From sequence record PP418985.1: 64,000 nucleotides of DNA. One strand, 5' to 3'. Source of the DNA: Escherichia phage UPWr_E1. A program made the translations under genes and the position numbers. The notes under the pieces were generated by a model. That model had not been told where the DNA came from. It ran no database searches and worked only from the letters and a program-made list of their open reading frames with translations. Within the stretch, counting starts at the first letter, position 1, and each line of letters begins with the position of its first letter. This document shows, piece after piece, positions 61,844 through 64,000 of this stretch.

Positions 61844-63895
61844 ATGTTTAACTTAGAAATCGACGATCTAATGATTGAATCTTTCGAGAAATGGCTGTTG
61901 ACGGAAGAGGAAGAAAACTTTGGTAGTATTGCTCCGGTACAGTGCTTAAAGCCTAAGCAGAACCCTAAACAGCTTTTTGCAGTACAGACACGCGATAAAG
62001 ATGTGATTGTCCGTCTTTGTAACTTCACCAACAAAACACCTAAAATCATTCGTCTTGGTGACAAGACCGCACATGTTGTACTGTGCGAAATGAACAAAAG
62101 CGGTCGTATTGTACAGCTTAAAAATGGTCTAGGCGATAACCCGATTGCAGTTATGGCAAGTGCTTTTGATGTGGTTATGGAAACAGCCCGTAAAGCGCAA
62201 TTAGACGCTGTTATGTTCCGTTTTAACGTATCCCGCATGAAAGGTAAGACCGAACTGGTTAAGCGCGTTATAGAGCGTTTGGTGCGTCGTACACCTAAGT
62301 TTGAAGTATTCCAGCAGGAAGTAATGACCAGCAAAAAGATCGCTTTAGTTGTTGTCAAGCGTCGCGGGATGGCGATTGATAAGATTAAAGGGATTAAACT
62401 TGATGATTCCCTGTTCACTAAAGTAGAAAGTGATTTAGGTGATCGCTGGGTATCTAAAGCTACTGGCGAATCTCTGACTAAAGATGAAGCGTATGCGGCT
62501 AGCCTTGCATCAGAAGAAGAACGAAACGCAGAAGCGGAACAACGTGTAGCGGCTAAGTCTCGTTTGACTAAAGAAGAAATGCTGAAAACTCAAGCGACCT
62601 ATAACAGCGACTATGTGAATCATCCAGAAAAAATTAATCTTAAACCGGAAGAAGATATCACCGAAGCCGAACCTAAGAAACAGTTTAATACTCTGATTGA
62701 TCGTCAAGCCTTAGAACGTTCAACCGCTCGTTCTCTGAATGACTGGACAAGTGATATTATCACTCGCTACGGTTTCATGCGTACTATTTTTGAAAGCGAA
62801 GCCGATGCAAAATACGCAGTAAGCGAACTGGTAAAAGTTCAGGACCAATATGATCCGTTGTCTGCGGAAGTTATTGCAGCATCAATCAAACGCTTAAAAG
62901 AAATCATGAGCGAGGAAGTATTCGAAAACAAGATCACCGCCCTGGCAATGGATCGAGTAGACCAGTCTATGCCAGCAGATGTAAAAGCTGAAATGCTTCG
63001 TAGTCACATCACACAGATTAAAACCGATGCCCTACGTAATGTTGCTTCCGGTATGTTTGAAGCAATTGCTAGCAACATGGGTGAAATGATGGCAAATATT
63101 GATCTTGATCTGCCGGGCGCGGAAGGTTTTGTGTTGAGCGAATATGCCGATGCAGCATACATCAATATGAACAACTTCCTAACCGACCGTAAGCTGGAAG
63201 AGTTTGACGGCATCGCAGATCCAGAAGAATTGGTCAAGATGTGCGATGCACTGGATAATGCCTTCTCTAACTATGGCGTTAAACTTGATCCGGGTACTAT
63301 TCTGTATCGTGGTATGGACTTCCGGTCTCAAATGTGGGAAACTGCACGTAAGCAAAAAGCGTTTTACTTTAAAAACTATGTGAGCACTTCCCTTGCACCT
63401 AACATTTTTGGTGGCTGGAATGCAAACGTGGCTAGTGCCGTTGCTGGTGTAGATTCTATGGCTGGATCTCGCGGTGAAGGTGGCGCTAATGTTGCTTTCT
63501 CCATTGCTGGCGCGGAAAACATCCCTGTATTGCCAGTAGGTAACAAGGCATTTGCTTACAAAGAATGCGAGATTTTACTTCCTCGCGGTGTTGTGTTATC
63601 CTTTGATACGGTAACTCGTGCTACGGCATCGACGGATTCACAAGAAACTTATTACATTGAGGCACATATTATGAACAAAAATGAACTGGCAGCATTACAA
63701 GAATCTGGCGAGATGATCGCGGACGGTGATGCATTCATCCGTGAAGGTGTTGTTAAACCTGCTTCTGACCTGTCTTTCTCCAGCTTTATTACCGAAGCTA
63801 AAACCGAACGTAAGAAAGCAGATAAGGCAACTCTACGTCAGCTTATCGCTGATCTGGTATCTGTAGACGCAATGCCAGATAAATTTAAAATGTAA
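61844..63895 (+). CDS. alt: Alt-like ADP-ribosyltransferase (virion-injected)
   Basis: 683 aa (T4 Alt is 682); C-terminal R-S-E motifs ILYRGMDF, YVSTSLAP, ECEILLP; located beside gene 30 as in T4. Confidence 0.8.
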   Translation: MFNLEIDDLMIESFEKWLLTEEEENFGSIAPVQCLKPKQNPKQLFAVQTRDKDVIVRLCNFTNKTPKIIRLGDKTAHVVLCEMNKSGRIVQLKNGLGDNPIAVMASAFDVVMETARKAQLDAVMFRFNVSRMKGKTELVKRVIERLVRRTPKFEVFQQEVMTSKKIALVVVKRRGMAIDKIKGIKLDDSLFTKVESDLGDRWVSKATGESLTKDEAYAASLASEEERNAEAEQRVAAKSRLTKEEMLKTQATYNSDYVNHPEKINLKPEEDITEAEPKKQFNTLIDRQALERSTARSLNDWTSDIITRYGFMRTIFESEADAKYAVSELVKVQDQYDPLSAEVIAASIKRLKEIMSEEVFENKITALAMDRVDQSMPADVKAEMLRSHITQIKTDALRNVASGMFEAIASNMGEMMANIDLDLPGAEGFVLSEYADAAYINMNNFLTDRKLEEFDGIADPEELVKMCDALDNAFSNYGVKLDPGTILYRGMDFRSQMWETARKQKAFYFKNYVSTSLAPNIFGGWNANVASAVAGVDSMAGSRGEGGANVAFSIAGAENIPVLPVGNKAFAYKECEILLPRGVVLSFDTVTRATASTDSQETYYIEAHIMNKNELAALQESGEMIADGDAFIREGVVKPASDLSFSSFITEAKTERKKADKATLRQLIADLVSVDAMPDKFKM

Positions 63896-63912
63896 TTTTT
63901 AAGAAATAATGG

Positions 63913-63941
63913 TTGACTCAAACGGGGACTAGTTTTATACT
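63913..63941 (+). promoter_or_regulatory. Sigma70-type early promoter
   Basis: TTGACT-17-TATACT inside an imperfect inverted repeat CGGGGACTAGT/ACTAGCCCCG. Confidence 0.5.
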
Positions 63942-63973
63942 AGCCCCGTTTTCTGTTATATGGGAGGTTTAAA

Positions 63974-64000
63974 ATGTTCAAACAATTACAGGATTTTCGT
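63974..64000 (+). CDS. Start of an early ORF truncated by the window end
   Basis: ATG after promoter 63913-63941 and SD GGGAGG; only 9 codons present. Confidence 0.3.

Noticed and set aside
1-64000. tRNA genes
   Set aside because: Scanning by eye for T-loop-like GGTTCGAATCC motifs and cloverleaf-sized GC-rich segments found none; a tRNAscan run would be needed to be certain

Overview
This window reads as a 64-kb segment of a T4-like (Tevenvirinae-type) myovirus genome, in the reverse orientation to the standard T4 map. All calls rest on reading the translated ORFs and motifs by eye against remembered T4 proteins; no database search was run. Gene order is syntenic with T4: gp41 helicase (5'-truncated at the window edge), gp61 primase, Dda, DexA, topoisomerase II large subunit (39 and 60 fused), rIIA, rIIB, gp52, a block of small early genes, then on the minus strand holin t and the long tail fibre genes 37-36-35-34, then RNase H, DsbA, gp33, gp59, gp32, Frd, Td, NrdA, NrdB, endonuclease II, RNA ligase 1, a spanin pair, polynucleotide kinase, dCMP deaminase, gp31, DNA ligase, a second block of small early genes, and Alt. 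Early genes sit on the plus strand behind about 25 sigma70-type promoters (TTGACA, 16-18 bp, TATAAT-like), many packaged with a terminator hairpin, a conserved leader and a conserved ribosome-binding site. The most interesting accessory content is: a three-gene cassette (C5-methyltransferase-like, zinc ribbon, DUF262/GmrS-like); three tandem Gly/His-rich paralogs beside a gene-37 fibre that carries its own C-terminal chaperone domain; CYTH and NADAR domain proteins; a seven-member HxHW paralog family; and promoter spacers that are perfect palindromes containing two GATC sites. I found no tRNA genes and no CRISPR array.
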